From Octopus vulgaris (lineage: Eukaryota): DNA of 64,000 nucleotides. The notes under the pieces were generated by a model. The model did no database searches. It saw only the letters and a list, made by a program, of their open reading frames with translations, and was not told the DNA's origin. Both the position numbers and the translations under genes were made by a program. Each line of letters opens with the position of its first letter. Position 1 is the first letter of the stretch. The stretch lies in contig OX597827.1 of NCBI GenBank assembly GCA_951406725.2, positions 5,022,001 through 5,086,000 of the forward strand, given 5' to 3'. Below, piece by piece: positions 37,379 through 49,814 of this stretch.

Positions 37379-37492
37379 TTTATTTAAAGCAGCAGAAAAT
37401 TCAACAAAACCTGTTACTCTGAGTTTCACGTTCCCGTTCATCGAAACTCAGAGTAACAGGTTTTGTTGAATTTTCTGCTGCTTTAAATAAAG
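37378..37492. repeat. Perfect 50-bp inverted repeat with a truncated hammerhead-like core in the loop
   Basis: Arms 37378-37427 and 37443-37492 are exact reverse complements. The minus strand reads gatga acg ggaa cgt GAAA ctcagag ta. Confidence 0.85.
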
Positions 37493-37563
37493 CATATTAC
37501 TCTACCACTGGTATTTGAGTACTCTTTTTTCCACCTTGTTTCATATTTATGTGTTTACTCCGG

Positions 37564-37603
<40 letters not shown>

Positions 37604-37923
37604 ATTAATAAATATAAGGGTAGCAAAAAATTCTCCGCTACCAGCAGTCTGGTGAGAAAGAAAAGATAGTCAAAGACTATATAATATACATTCAACAATA
37701 TAAGGAATGGCCATAATAGGACATTCGACTCGCTAGAAAGAGCAGCCAAACTCAAACCGCTAAATAGTTGTAATTCTGAAATAGAAAGAGAAATAAAAAC
37801 GTTTACCCCTTTCATCTCTGGACTATGTATAGCTTCGGCAAACTTTGGTAAACAAATTAATTAAATTAAATTAAATTTATTTACAACTGGCGTGCCTCGT
37901 CAGCAGAGACGCCAAGGACGCCG

Positions 37924-38392
37924 AGGTTGCAGTCTGGAGATTTAGGTGGCCAGATGTTAGGGGTGGTGTGGTCACAGAAATTGTGTGACAGCCATGACTG
38001 AGTCTTCCAGCCACCTTCTTGACCCAGGGCAGCACTACCTCCTCTGGGTACTTGACGTAAGCCTCCATGTTGAGTGTGAGGCCATGTGGGAAGATGAATG
38101 GAGGCATAACGTTGCTGTCACTAGTGATCACTCCATGATGTTGACTGGACATCAGATTGACTCCCAAAGACTCTGAAATGTGTATTTGAGCTTCCGGCAT
38201 GAATGCCAAGCAGTACAGCATGTCATTTCTAAATTTCTGGTAGCGTGAATTGCATCATGATGCTGTTTTTCTCACAGACAGTGCCCCGCTGACCCTTTCC
38301 ATACTGTGTAGTTGACAACATCAAAAACAAACAATGCACATGCACAAAATTAAAAAAATGTAAAATGGCAACAATTTACTCATCGCACCCTG
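37924..38392 (-). mobile_element. Truncated, deleted copy of the same maT transposon
   Basis: Terminus aatttactcatcgcaccctg|ta at 38392. Translation GVITSDSNVMPPFIFPHGLTLNMEAY. Confidence 0.82.
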
Positions 38393-38449
38393 TATATTCA
38401 TATATAGACATAATATTGTTCTTATACTGAGTATTTGCATCTACCAAGT

Positions 38450-38939
38450 CAAGAAAGCAATCTGATGTCTTGCCCAATAAAGAATGGGATTATTGGAAGA
38501 AATTAACTGTATCTGCACATTTTTTTTCTGACAGTCACACTTGTGAACGAGATAAAAGTATATCTTCTATTAAAAATCCATACATCATTTCTTATATATG
38601 GATGACTTGAATTTACACGCAAAGGATGAGAATCAATTGGAGACTGTAGCACTGACAATCTAAAGATTCAGTAAAGTCATTTACAGGAACTTGGGATTTG
38701 AGAATAGTGTTGAGGCTATTCTTGGAAAAGGAAATGTATTACGAACAAGCAGCATAGAGAAAAACAAAGTTCTAGAATTGTATGTATTAGACAAACACAT
38801 CCATAAATATTTAGGAGAAAGCAGAATAGGCAGCATACAAAATAACCAAACAGACAAAAATAGATCAATAGAAATAGTACTATACATAAACTTGGTTAGT
38901 ATTAAGAATTTAATTCATTGCTAAGAAAGAAATAATTAG

Positions 38940-38975
<36 letters not shown>

Positions 38976-39070
38976 CCATCTTGGTAATTAACTACAGTTT
39001 TAATATAATAAGGTGAAAATTAAATAAACTGAGATAGACAAACAAGGGAAATTATAGGAGAAATAGCATT
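38450..39070 (+). mobile_element. R4/Dong-like LINE RT relic
   Basis: IHHFLYMDDLNLHAKDENQLE...RFSKVI...GFENS, KYLG and LAILVINYSFNII fit R4/Dong RT motifs. Confidence 0.65.
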
Positions 39071-39278
39071 GTTACACTGTAGAACAGAGTAACTTGCACT
39101 GTTTGCTATAATTCTCTGGATTTATTGTTCAAATCTTGCTGAGGTCAAGTGTAATTTTTATTGTTTGGGGTTGATAAGATAAACGACCAAATTGGTGGAA
39201 TTAGGATTTTTCAATCCGTTTTTTCTTATATCCCATTTTAATCCCGTATTTTCCTTAAAAAATATATATATATATATA

Positions 39279-39692
39279 ATTAAAAATAGTCAAAGGACAT
39301 GCTAAATATGTCTACCTGCTGGAAATAACAGTCAAAACTTTTATTTAAATCACCGAAAAAACTGGTCATAATTACAGAGATCAACCATCTGTGGGCAAAC
39401 AGGCTAGGACAATCTCTCAACATACATTCAAGTATTTGGACTCATGTGGACCAGTTTCTGGACTGGCAGTATAGCCTCACCCTCTTCAGCATGTGTTGCC
39501 ATGATGGAACGCACGCTGATGATGGAATGCCAGTCCAGAAACAGGTCCAAATACTTGAATGTATGTTGTGAGATTGTCCTAGCCTGTTTGCCCACAGATG
39601 GTTGACAGTATTTTTCGGCAATTTAAATATGAGTTTTCGCTGATATTTCCAGCAGGTAGACATATTTAGTATGTCCTTTGATTAATTTTAAT
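39279..39692. repeat. ~400-bp imperfect inverted repeat with two divergent hammerhead-like cores at its centre
   Basis: caaaggacatgctaaatatgtctacctgctggaaat... mirrors ...atttccagcaggtagacatatttagtatgtcctttg. CTGATGA at 39516-39522 (+) and CTGAAGA at 39483-39489 (-), each followed by gccagtccaGAAAc. Confidence 0.85.
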
Positions 39693-39968
39693 CCTTCAGC
39701 TATTCAATGCCTTTTGGGCCTGCAATCGACTATATTATTGATTCTGTTATTATCATTTTTAATTGTTACACTAGATAATAATAGAGTCAATGATATCTTC
39801 ACAAATATTTTCTCCTGAATTATTGCTCCATAATCAGCCGAAATTGTGAAGATGATCTGGTTCTTGACTGAAGATTGAAGGCTTCAAATGTCCCGTCCGT
39901 GTTTTTGTTTTGTGTCGTCTTCTAAATGTTTCACGTTCTTGTCCCAGTTTGTATATTTTTTAAACTTT

Positions 39969-40010
<42 letters not shown>

Positions 40011-41594
40011 CAATATCTCACAGAAATATGTACACCTCTATAAAATTTAGTAAAATTGCCATTATTCTGATAATATCAAAGGAAACCAAACAAAATTTAT
40101 ATTGAATAAAATGTATTATACATGCAAGCATTATACACATTTCGAACACAAAATAAAAAACATCTTCAAAGATATGAACAATATATCAGTTCTCAAATGA
40201 TACAAAAATATGTACACCCTAAATGATTATTTGCTATATTCAATATTTGGCTTGACTGCATTAAGTCTTCTGGATATAGAATCGACTAAAGTTTCACATA
40301 TAACGATGAAATGAACCTCCATTCATCCAGAATGATGTTTTTCAACTGTGTTACATTGTGGAGTTTTTTCCTCCTCAGTCTTCCTTTTCAAAACACCCCA
40401 CAGATGTTCCATTGGGTTTAAATCAGGTGACATGGTAGGCCAAATAAATTTATCTTTTTATCTGATAAAAATTTAGTGGTCATCTTTGGAGTGTGTTTAG
40501 GATCATTATCATGTTGGAACATGGAATGTCTTCCTAGTTCCTTGATGCCTTTCAGCATTGTTTTCTGCAATATGTCACAATAAAGCCTTGAATCCATTGT
40601 TCTCTCAGTAAATTCGAATTCTCCCACACTCACCACACTCATGCATCCCCAAAGCATAGCACTTCTGCCACAGTGTCACTATTATCTTCACCTGGTCATT
40701 GCCATACTCGTTTTATATCATCTGATCCACACAAGTTGATTTTAGTTTCGTTAGTAAAGAGAATCTTATTCCAAAACTCCTTCCCCTTACTCACATAGTT
40801 TTTGGCAAAAGAAATACGACTTGATTTATGCCTGGTAGTGAGGAGAGGCTTCCTACGAGGAATGCATCCATGAAGACCACATTTTGGCAGACTGTTTTGG
40901 TGGACACACTCTTTCTATTAACAGAAGACACTTCTTGGGCCAAAGATAAGGTGGTATGATGCCAGTCATCCATCATGCAATGTTGGAGGTGGCAAATATC
41001 AGGTGTAGTTAAAATAGAAGGATGACCTGGATGATGTTTGTTGCTTAGCCATCCAGTAGCTTTGTACTTCTGAATTACTTTGGCAACTGTGTTTATGCTA
41101 ATACGTATTCATTTGCTAATTAACTTGTATCCTAAACCATTCTTGTGCAAATTAAAAATAATTTTCTTCAAATCTTCAGACAATTCTTTTCCTTTTGGTG
41201 CCATTCTAATCACAATGAAGAAGATTTTCATCATGGTACACAAACCAGAATTCTTGGAGATGCAATAACAATGACCGGTGCAAAAATGCCAGGAGAAATA
41301 ATTTATCAGAATTGAAATTATCAGCAATATCTGAATTTAGTAAAAAAAAGTGGATTAAATATTGAATATAGCAAATTTCCTTTGGGGTGTACATATTTTA
41401 GTAACATTTGAAAATTGATATTTCGTTCATATCTTTGAAAATGTTTATTGTTCTGTGTTCCAAATTTGTATAGTGTTTGTATGTATAATATATTTTATTC
41501 AGTATAAATTTTGTTTGGTTTCCTTTGATATTATCAGAGTAATGGCAATTTTACTGAAATATTTTGGAGGTGTACATACTTCTGTGAGATACAG
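40011..41594 (-). mobile_element. Tc1-family transposon with long IR/DR-type TIRs, decayed transposase
   Basis: ~235-bp TIRs (40011-40248 and 41357-41594) flanked by TA. Transposase starts MAPKGKELSEDLKK at 41204 and includes MLWGCMS, FQHDNDPKH and SPDLNPMEHLW, with frameshifts. Confidence 0.9.
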
Positions 41595-41806
41595 TATATA
41601 TATAAATATAAAATCCAGAGAACAAGGTGTAGGGAGCAAGTTAGCCTCAAGCAATCCGAAGTAAATATAAAAAACAACTGTCAGGAACAATAGTGGTTTA
41701 TTGAGACAGAAGGTGGTGAATTTTTTCCATTCAGTATGATAGACTGAAGAAAGTTCTTTTTATATTTCACAGTAGGTAACCAGGATTGCTGGTTCTATGA
41801 ATAAGA

Positions 41807-41944
41807 ATACAAGAGTTAAGGAATGGAGTACATAAGGGATACATATGATATCCTTAGCCTGAAGAGTAGCCTACGGTATACGCCTCGCTTGGAACCACTT
41901 CTGAGGTTCCGCTTGCTATATACTCCATTCCTTAACTCTTGTAT
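41807..41944. repeat. 24-bp inverted repeat with a structured spacer
   Basis: atacaagagttaaggaatggagta (41807-41830) and tactccattccttaactcttgtat (41921-41944). The spacer holds CTGAAGA and a ggaacc/ggttcc hairpin. Confidence 0.75.
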
Positions 41945-42289
41945 ATATATATATATATAAATATATATATATATAGTCAATAAAATCTATATCAGAAAAG
42001 AAGCACACTCTACAGAATAAAGCAGTAATTATTAAAACAAAATGTTAAATTCTGGTCCTAGAGTTACCAAAGGTTTTGTATCCATGAAAGCCACTGCCTT
42101 GTGGACAGCTAGTCAGACTCTATACAAAGACCCCAAAATTAAACTTTCTGTTACCTGGATGTGAGGAAATGCTCAGATATTGAGACTTAACAACTAATGT
42201 ATAAAAACATTAATGAGGACAAGTTATCTTCCCTGAACCAGAGGATGAAAAACCCTTACAGACTTGAAATAGCTCAACCAGGAGATGGG

Positions 42290-42620
42290 AGATCCAATTT
42301 TCCAGTGGGTGGTGCTTGATATGGACACATTTAGTGAAAACATCTTTATGACTGTTCAACACACCAGGTTTAACGTAGTCCTTAAGGATATTGGTTCTCT
42401 CCACAATGCAGATTTTGCAATGGCCACTCCCATTAAAATATGGGCCTGGACGATCTATTATTTTTGACTTGATATCACATGGAGTCCCTTAATCTTTGAA
42501 GTGCCACACATAGCTGGCCAGGGACGCGACAAAATGTCTTTCTGGGACTCTAAAGAATGACTGGTGCTTGTGGAAGCAACATTTGAAAGATGTATTGGTC
42601 GATCTGATATATTAAAAAAT
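42290..42620 (-). mobile_element. Penelope-like GIY-YIG endonuclease C-terminal relic
   Basis: Translation TSFKCCFHKHQSFFR...SLASYVWHFKD*...IKSKIIDRPGPYFNGSGHCKICIVERTNIL...VLNSHKDVFTKCVH fits the PLE endonuclease C-terminus. Confidence 0.65.
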
Positions 42621-43810
42621 TTGGGATGTTGCTGTATTCACACTCCTGGTATATCTCTGGTAGCCTCCAGGCTTGGAGATGCTGTTAGTAATACCATTGC
42701 TGACATTGTCGATGTGGTGCAATGATCCAGTGGTGTAATTGCTGGGATTATTGTTTCTTATATAAGTGAAATAATGTATAATAGATACACGAGCAGAAAG
42801 AAAAAAATGTATAATGAATGCACAGACAAACAGAAAAATGTATATTGAGAGCACAAACGGACAGAAGGCCGACGTGGAAGGTCCCTAATTCTTCATCAGT
42901 TATCAACCAGATGGTATTACTCAGTTTTGCACCATTGTGTGTATGCAGACGCACATGCACACACACACACACACAGATATGTATAATCTTTGGAGCTGTT
43001 TTATTAACTACTGTTCCCAGGTTTAAGGAATTCAGGTAACTGTTTCTTCTAGTTAGCTTTTGATTGCTGTCAAGTGTACACTGTTCATGTCAATAAAATA
43101 TACAGATTTGTAAGGTTGACCACACCTATGAAATGCTATCAAATATTTCAATAGGGTTAACCTTTTAGGAAGAGTAGTTATAAATTGTTATTCTGTATAA
43201 TAAGTAGTATTCTATGAAAGTACCATCCGTACTTGACATCATTTCTTCTAATGGTACGAGAGCAAGTGTAAGTGTCTCATAATCATCTTTGTTGGATTAT
43301 CAACAAAGTTACCTTTTGGGCACATGATTTCTTTTGCCTGGGACTCCATTTAATTACATTTGTTTTCTCCTATGTATAAGAATAAGTGAGCAGAAATAAC
43401 TATTGTTGGCTGAAAGATATTTTTATGATAGCAGCAGCCGAATATTTCTTGGAAGATTCACAGAATATTTTTGAATATTCTATTATTCTTGCAGTCATAA
43501 TTATATGAAATGTTTTAAATTAACTAAATATTACTCAAATATTATTAAGTATGGAATGAGGGGGGGAGGATGTGTGGGGGTTTAATAAACACAAAATTTT
43601 GTACTGCATGTCATTATGAAGACACTGACATTTCTGTACATTGTTAATCTTTTGATGATATTAATCTCGCAAATATCAATATCAAAAATAAATAAATGTT
43701 GCTTTGCTTTTTTTTACTTTTTCCTAAAAAATTTTTAATTTTGAATATTGCTCAACACATAAAATTCTATTCATTTTAGATTGTGAGAAAATGCCTAGAA
43801 TAGTTGTTTA

Positions 43811-44320
43811 CTCTCTTTTACTCTCTTTTATTCTTTTACTTGTTTCAGTCATTTGACTGTGGCCATGCTGGAGCACCGCCTTTAGTCAGGCATATCAACC
43901 CCAGGACTTATTCTTTGTAAACCCAGTACTTATTCTATCGGTCTCTTTTGCCAAACCGCTAAGTGACGGGGACGTAAACACACCAGCATTGGTTGTCAAG
44001 CAATGCTAGGGGGACAATCACACAAACACATACACACACACATACACATATATACGACAGGCTTCTTCCAGCATCGGTTGTTAAGCAATGCTAGGGGGAC
44101 AAACACAGACACACAAACATACACACACATACATATATATATATAAACATATATACAACGGGCTTTTTTCAGTTTTCATCTACCATATCCACTCACAAGG
44201 CTTTGGTCGACCTGAGGCTATAGCAGAAGACACTTGCCCAAGGTGCCACGCAGTGGGACTGAACCTGTAACTATGTGGTTGGTTAGCAAGCTACTTACCA
44301 CACAGCCACTCCTGTGCCTA
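43811..44320 (-). mobile_element. SINE family A with an internal tandem duplication
   Basis: Segment 43983-44067 is repeated at 44068-44169. Candidate TSD gttgttta (43803-43810 and 44323-44330). Confidence 0.9.
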
Positions 44321-44978
44321 TTGTTGTTTATTTATTTTTTTTCCTCTCTGAGGCACTATTGACAAAGTTGCCAGAAGATTACTAGATTTACAACATAAAT
44401 GAGATTTTATAACACCCCCACCCATAAAAAAAGGTTTCGACTGCTGATAAAATTAAAATAAACTTTTTGAAGAAAATTAACTGCAGAGACTAGAGATTAG
44501 AATTTGATTTGGGCAGTCAGTGATAATGGAATAAAGAGAGAATAATACTTATCAAGATCATTCGCATTTATTTGAAGTTTTGTTGATTTTTGTGTTTTCT
44601 TGTCATTTCTATGAAAAGACAGTAACATCTTCACTTGGAGAAGAATAACAAGAAGACAGGAGGACTTATCAGTTGCCACTCAGCAAGCACAGCTTACAAT
44701 AATACTTGTTTGTTTTAAACAAAGAGTTCTATGAACAGTAGGTCATGCTGAGAAATCATGACAATGAGGGTTTAAAGAATATTATTGTTTACACTCTTAA
44801 CATTTCTAATGTAATCACTATTTATATAACATATATATATGTTTAATTTGTTTGTCTTTTAACATTTCTATTAAATAATCTACTACATTTCCCTCTTCTC
44901 TGCTTGTGGCACTATTATCATTCCAATCAGAATCACTGTCAATTGAGTTTATATTTTTGTACTGAGATGCACAGCGGG

Positions 44979-45049
<71 letters not shown>

Positions 45050-45472
45050 GCTGGAGAGACAAAAACAACAAGAAAACAAAACCAATCAAAACAAGAAAAC
45101 ATAATATGCATGTGTAACTTCAATGCTGCTATAACTAATGAGTTGTTTGAAATGTTGTTCAAAACTAATTGGGATGAAATTTCATGAAATGTAATTTGCC
45201 AGAGCGTCACTATGCAGACTAACTACAATGTATTGTCTTATCTAAATTATGACTATAAATTACACTGTATTTATTAATAGGATAGAAATGCAGTGCAGTA
45301 TTAATTTCTTACGTTGGAACATGGCCAGAACTTTGCAAGAGATGAGGTATAGTCAATTTCAGATTTGATTAACCCCAATACGAAGTTGGTATTTATTTTA
45401 TCGATTTTGGTTGTATGAAATAACATGAACTCTGAAGGAGGTTGAACACATGAAATATAGAGTTTTATATAT

Positions 45473-45775
45473 ATCATCATCATCATCATCATCATCATCA
45501 TTTAGCGTCCGCTTTCCATGCTAGCATGGGTTGGACGGTTCAACTGGGGTCTGTGAAGCCAGAAGGCTGCATCAAGCCCAGTCTGATCTGGCAGTGTTTC
45601 TACGGCTGGATGCCCTTCCTAACACCAACCACTCTGTGAGTGTAGTGGGTGCTTTTTACGTGCCACCCGCACAGGTGCCAGACGGAGCTGGCAAACGGCC
45701 ATGGACGGATGGTGCTTTTTACGTGCCACCGGCACGGGGGCCAGGCGAGGCTGGCAATGGCCACAAACGGAGGGT
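45473..45775 (-). mobile_element. RTE 3'-end fragment or RTE-related SINE with (CAT)n tail
   Basis: catcatcatttagcgtccgctttccatgctagcatgggttggacgg...ggatgcccttcctaa. Related copies at 57222-57407, 4092-4275, ~3140-3260 and ~21025-21190. Confidence 0.8.
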
Positions 45776-46566
45776 GCTAAAACTCTCGGCAAAGGGTTCT
45801 GCCTGATACATTATTGTTTTTCCTCTCTGTCATGGCAAATCACTGTCGATGTTGACCATCAGCACTAGACATTCTATTGTTAATGCCTAAAAACAAATAG
45901 TTAGTTGTCGGTGAGCCTCAAGTTGGCCCTGGTTGAGTATACCTAGGATAAAATGTATTCCAGCTCTGATAGTCCTGTATTCTTATGTAGCCACAACTAC
46001 ATTACCCATTGTGTCCTCCATTTTCAAAGATGATAGGTTGTAGTTCAAAGTAGTTTAACTGCTATTTGTGGTAAGTTTAGGGCCCATGCATAGGCTTTCT
46101 CATTGGCTGTGCAGGGTGTTGGTGAATTATCAGGTATCATCATCATCATCCCTATTGTCATTATAAAGTCTGTTTTCCAAGTTGACATCGAGTGAGTGGT
46201 TTGACAGGATCCAAGTTGTGGGAGACGCAGGGTTACTCTGCATCATGTGAGGGTAAATGAGAATACCCGGGTGGGAGATAAAGATGGTGGCTAAGGTGTG
46301 TCAGAGCATACTCTTGAGGTACAAGAAGGTGAGTACAATGGATAATACAGACATTGTAACCAGAGGTAAGGAAAGTGTGGGTAACTTCATAAGAGTGTGA
46401 GAGGAGAGTGACAGATGGTTAGAGATCGGGTCAGAGGTGGATGTAGTGAGAAATGAAAAGGTGTGGTTGATGGCAAATATCAGTATTGAGTGGGGAGGGG
46501 AGAGAAATAGAAGTGGTTCAGGAAGGAGGGGGTGACAATTAGTAGCACAGAAACATCGGTATCATT

Positions 46567-46977
46567 TACTCTTTACTCTTTTACTTGTTTCAGTCATTTG
46601 ACTGTGGCCATGCTGAAGCACCACCTTTAGTCGAGCAAATCGACCCCGGGACTTATCCTTTTGTAAGCCCAGTACTTATTCTATTGGTCACTTTTGCCGA
46701 ACCGCTAAGTAACGGGGACATAAACACACCAGCATCGGTTGTCAAGCAATGCTAGGGGACAAACACAGACACACAAACACACACACGCATATATATATAT
46801 ACATACATATATACGATGGGCTTCTTTCAGTTTCCGTCTACCAAATCCACTCACAAGGCTTTGGTCGGTCCGAGGCTATAGTAGAAGACACTTGCCCAAG
46901 GTGCCACGCAGTGGGACTGAACCCGGAACCATGTGGTTGGTTAGCAAGCTACTTACCACACAGCCACTCCTGTGCCT
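46567..46977 (-). mobile_element. SINE family A
   Basis: Near-identical to the other copies. Confidence 0.92.
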
Positions 46978-48059
46978 ATTTATCTATTATTGTAGATAAA
47001 CCATGGTTCTATCTTGTTCATGATGATATGGGATAGTGGTTTATCACATAGGGTGCAGTTGTTATTATAATTGTTTAACCCTAGACCAGCCCTGATTGAG
47101 TGATACTATGTTCAGGAAACATTCCAGTCATGACCATCTCCTTCCTAAGATCAGCTGTTTCCTTTGTTCAATGCACTCAGAACCACATTCTCCAACATTC
47201 CTCATTTTATGAAATGGTTCAGAGGAAATTTAACTGCTATTTCTGAGAAGTTGAACAGCCACATTTCCTTTTTACTGTGTTTTCAAAAACGGTCAAAATG
47301 CCATCTCTTAGACACCAACAGCGCTTTTTAAAGAGAACCAACAATGGAAGATGCAGCTGCATACGTAACCAAAGATTCACAACAGATCCTGTCTACGCTG
47401 CATCACCTTCTTTGTGCCACGATGAGTAAAGAATCTATTTCAAATGACAAATGTTAGACGACCGCAATAAATGATTACAAAGAAACTGACACAAAGGTAC
47501 GGAGAAGGCATCCAAGACATTAGACAGTATGGGTAGCAGAGAATACTAAAAATCAACATACAGTGCAAATAGAATCTTTTTTATTAGTAAATGAAGGGAG
47601 GTTAGAATGACATTTGTGGACCATCCCTGATTGTTGAGAAAAATTGGTGTTGATCTCCAGCGAGAACTCGTTGCCATGTTGAAAAAGAAGTAGGAATAGG
47701 GAAAAATTCTTCTGGTCTGCATTTCTGATTGGGTACATCCTTGAGCAGATAGGGTTTTGTGGGACGATACACTAGGAATGTTGAGAGTAGAGGCAGATAA
47801 ATAAGAAGAGCTTGGGCTGAAGTATATTATGTAACCTACTGTTTCAGAGAAGCAGATATGCATAACAAAGGTAGAAGCAGAAAGAACTGATTTTCATATG
47901 CCTGTCAGTGTGCTTCTCCTAGCTTTTAATATACTTGCTAAATGTTCAAGTGCTGGATTTGATTCAGGAATGTAAAAAAAAAAAGTGTTCTCTGTCAGTT
48001 CTAGTGATGAGTATTTAGTTGTTACATCATAAAATTACCACATAAGTGTCTGAATATTC

Positions 48060-48545
48060 CACACACTCATGTACACTAAATGCGAACCACAGACAAAATC
48101 AGCATGGCATAGTGTGCCAAGTTTGTGCCTCTGAATTTATCCAATAGGTCTTCACACTGTTTCTGTGTATCTAATTTCACCCGTAAGGCTTTATTGGTAA
48201 ACCTGAGATTGACCACCATACATCCAGTCTTTGTTGTGATGTAATGGCTTTTATGCCTCAGTAACCCTTCCCCAAGAGCTATGTCAACAGGGTACAAGCT
48301 CTTGGTAGAGCTTCCCACACTGGACAGAACAAAGGATAGAGTCCAGATTAATATGGACCACCTCTTCCCAGAGGTAAAAATTAGTTTGCTGGAGCCAACA
48401 CTCTTACTTAGAAAAAAAAAAGCAAGTTACATGAACATTGATGACAATTCAAAATCTCCAAGATTTGGAAAAGGGCAGCCCTGAGTCAAAAACAATAGAG
48501 AAAAATCATGGATGGCCTATGTTCCATAGGGAGCAAGGTGTTTAA
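48060..48545. mobile_element. Highly decayed RTE-like LINE fragments
   Basis: Minus strand VNLRFTNKAL...TQKQCEDLLDKF resembles a degenerate LxFADD region. Plus strand DGLCSIGS resembles an RTE terminus. Confidence 0.35.
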
Positions 48546-49814
48546 CTGAGACTTGGATTATGGTAAAAGACAGCCACCCAACTTGCATTGCAGTGGGATC
48601 AAATTTGAGACACCATGACGGTGATCTGAATATCTTAATGAACAGAAATGTATGGACACCACATGCAGACCAAGGGAAGTGTTAAAAGATATATTTAAGT
48701 CACACCTAAGAAGACTTGGCCCCATTCCTTAGATTATATTTGATCAAAGTGCATTGGTATATATTTTGACATGTAATGGGTGAGGATAGTGCTATTGGGA
48801 TATGTTAGCAAGTTTATTGAACCTCAGTGGCTTATTTGATTTACATTATTTTTGAGTTGAAAAGAATATATTACTGCAAGAAATTAACTTTAATAAAAGT
48901 AATTTGTACTTCATTAAGTTATATAAATAAATACTAAAAAACATTGTTAATTATTATGCTGAAGTTTTAGAAATATAATGGAGTTTAATAATTATTAGTG
49001 GAACACTCATCAACATTTTCCATAACTCTGATTTGTCTGGACTGAAATTTGAAAGATGGGTTCCCAAATAAATGCATTAGTCAAACACGAAACCATTATT
49101 TAATATTTTTAAAAAAATAGTTTGGATATGCTTTTAGTATTTTTATGTGTGTGATTAGCAGTAACTCAATAATGTGTGTGACCTTTGCTTATTAGTGAAT
49201 GAGTTGTGCAAAGAAGATGACATAATTGTTTTGCCATTTTTAACATAGCTAATATGTGTCTCTTCTCAGTTAAATGCACCACAAGATCATGACAATTGGC
49301 ATACTAGTAGAATGGTATTTGTTCCATGATTGGCATATATGATCTGTTATTAGTTTGCTTCACTTCATGTACCCTTGAATGATTGTCTTACATAAATCAC
49401 ACGTTTTCTCCTACCTTATGCATCTTACATTTTCTCTTATTTTGTGCATCTTATTTACATTTCTGGCATCAACCAAAGGCTCATCTTAACTATATTTAGT
49501 TAGAGCTATCCTTATTTTACATTCCACCAAGAAATGTATTCAGCTAAAATTATTATTTAATTAAACTGACAATTGATTTTTAAAGTCGTTTCATTATTTT
49601 TCATAAATATCTCTTGAGCCTGAGAAGACAAAGCAAAAAATATCTTCTCTTTTCATACATTTCTGTTCCTCTGTTATTGACACCCCACTCATTTACTCTC
49701 TCTGCATATGTATGTGTGTGTGTGTATGAATGTGTGTGTGTACATCCCTCGCTACATGCACACACACACACACATACATGCACACACACACACACACACA
49801 CAAGTATGTATATA

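Noticed and set aside
42870-42910. CTGATGA on the minus strand (also CTGANGA at 13592, 35575, 39868, 54548 and 62830) as hammerheads
   Set aside because: No properly placed stem II-GAAA-stem III-UH follows; the heptamer alone is expected by chance.
47300-47700. Possible further Penelope RT relic
   Set aside because: Only faint motif resemblance, too decayed to support without a profile search.
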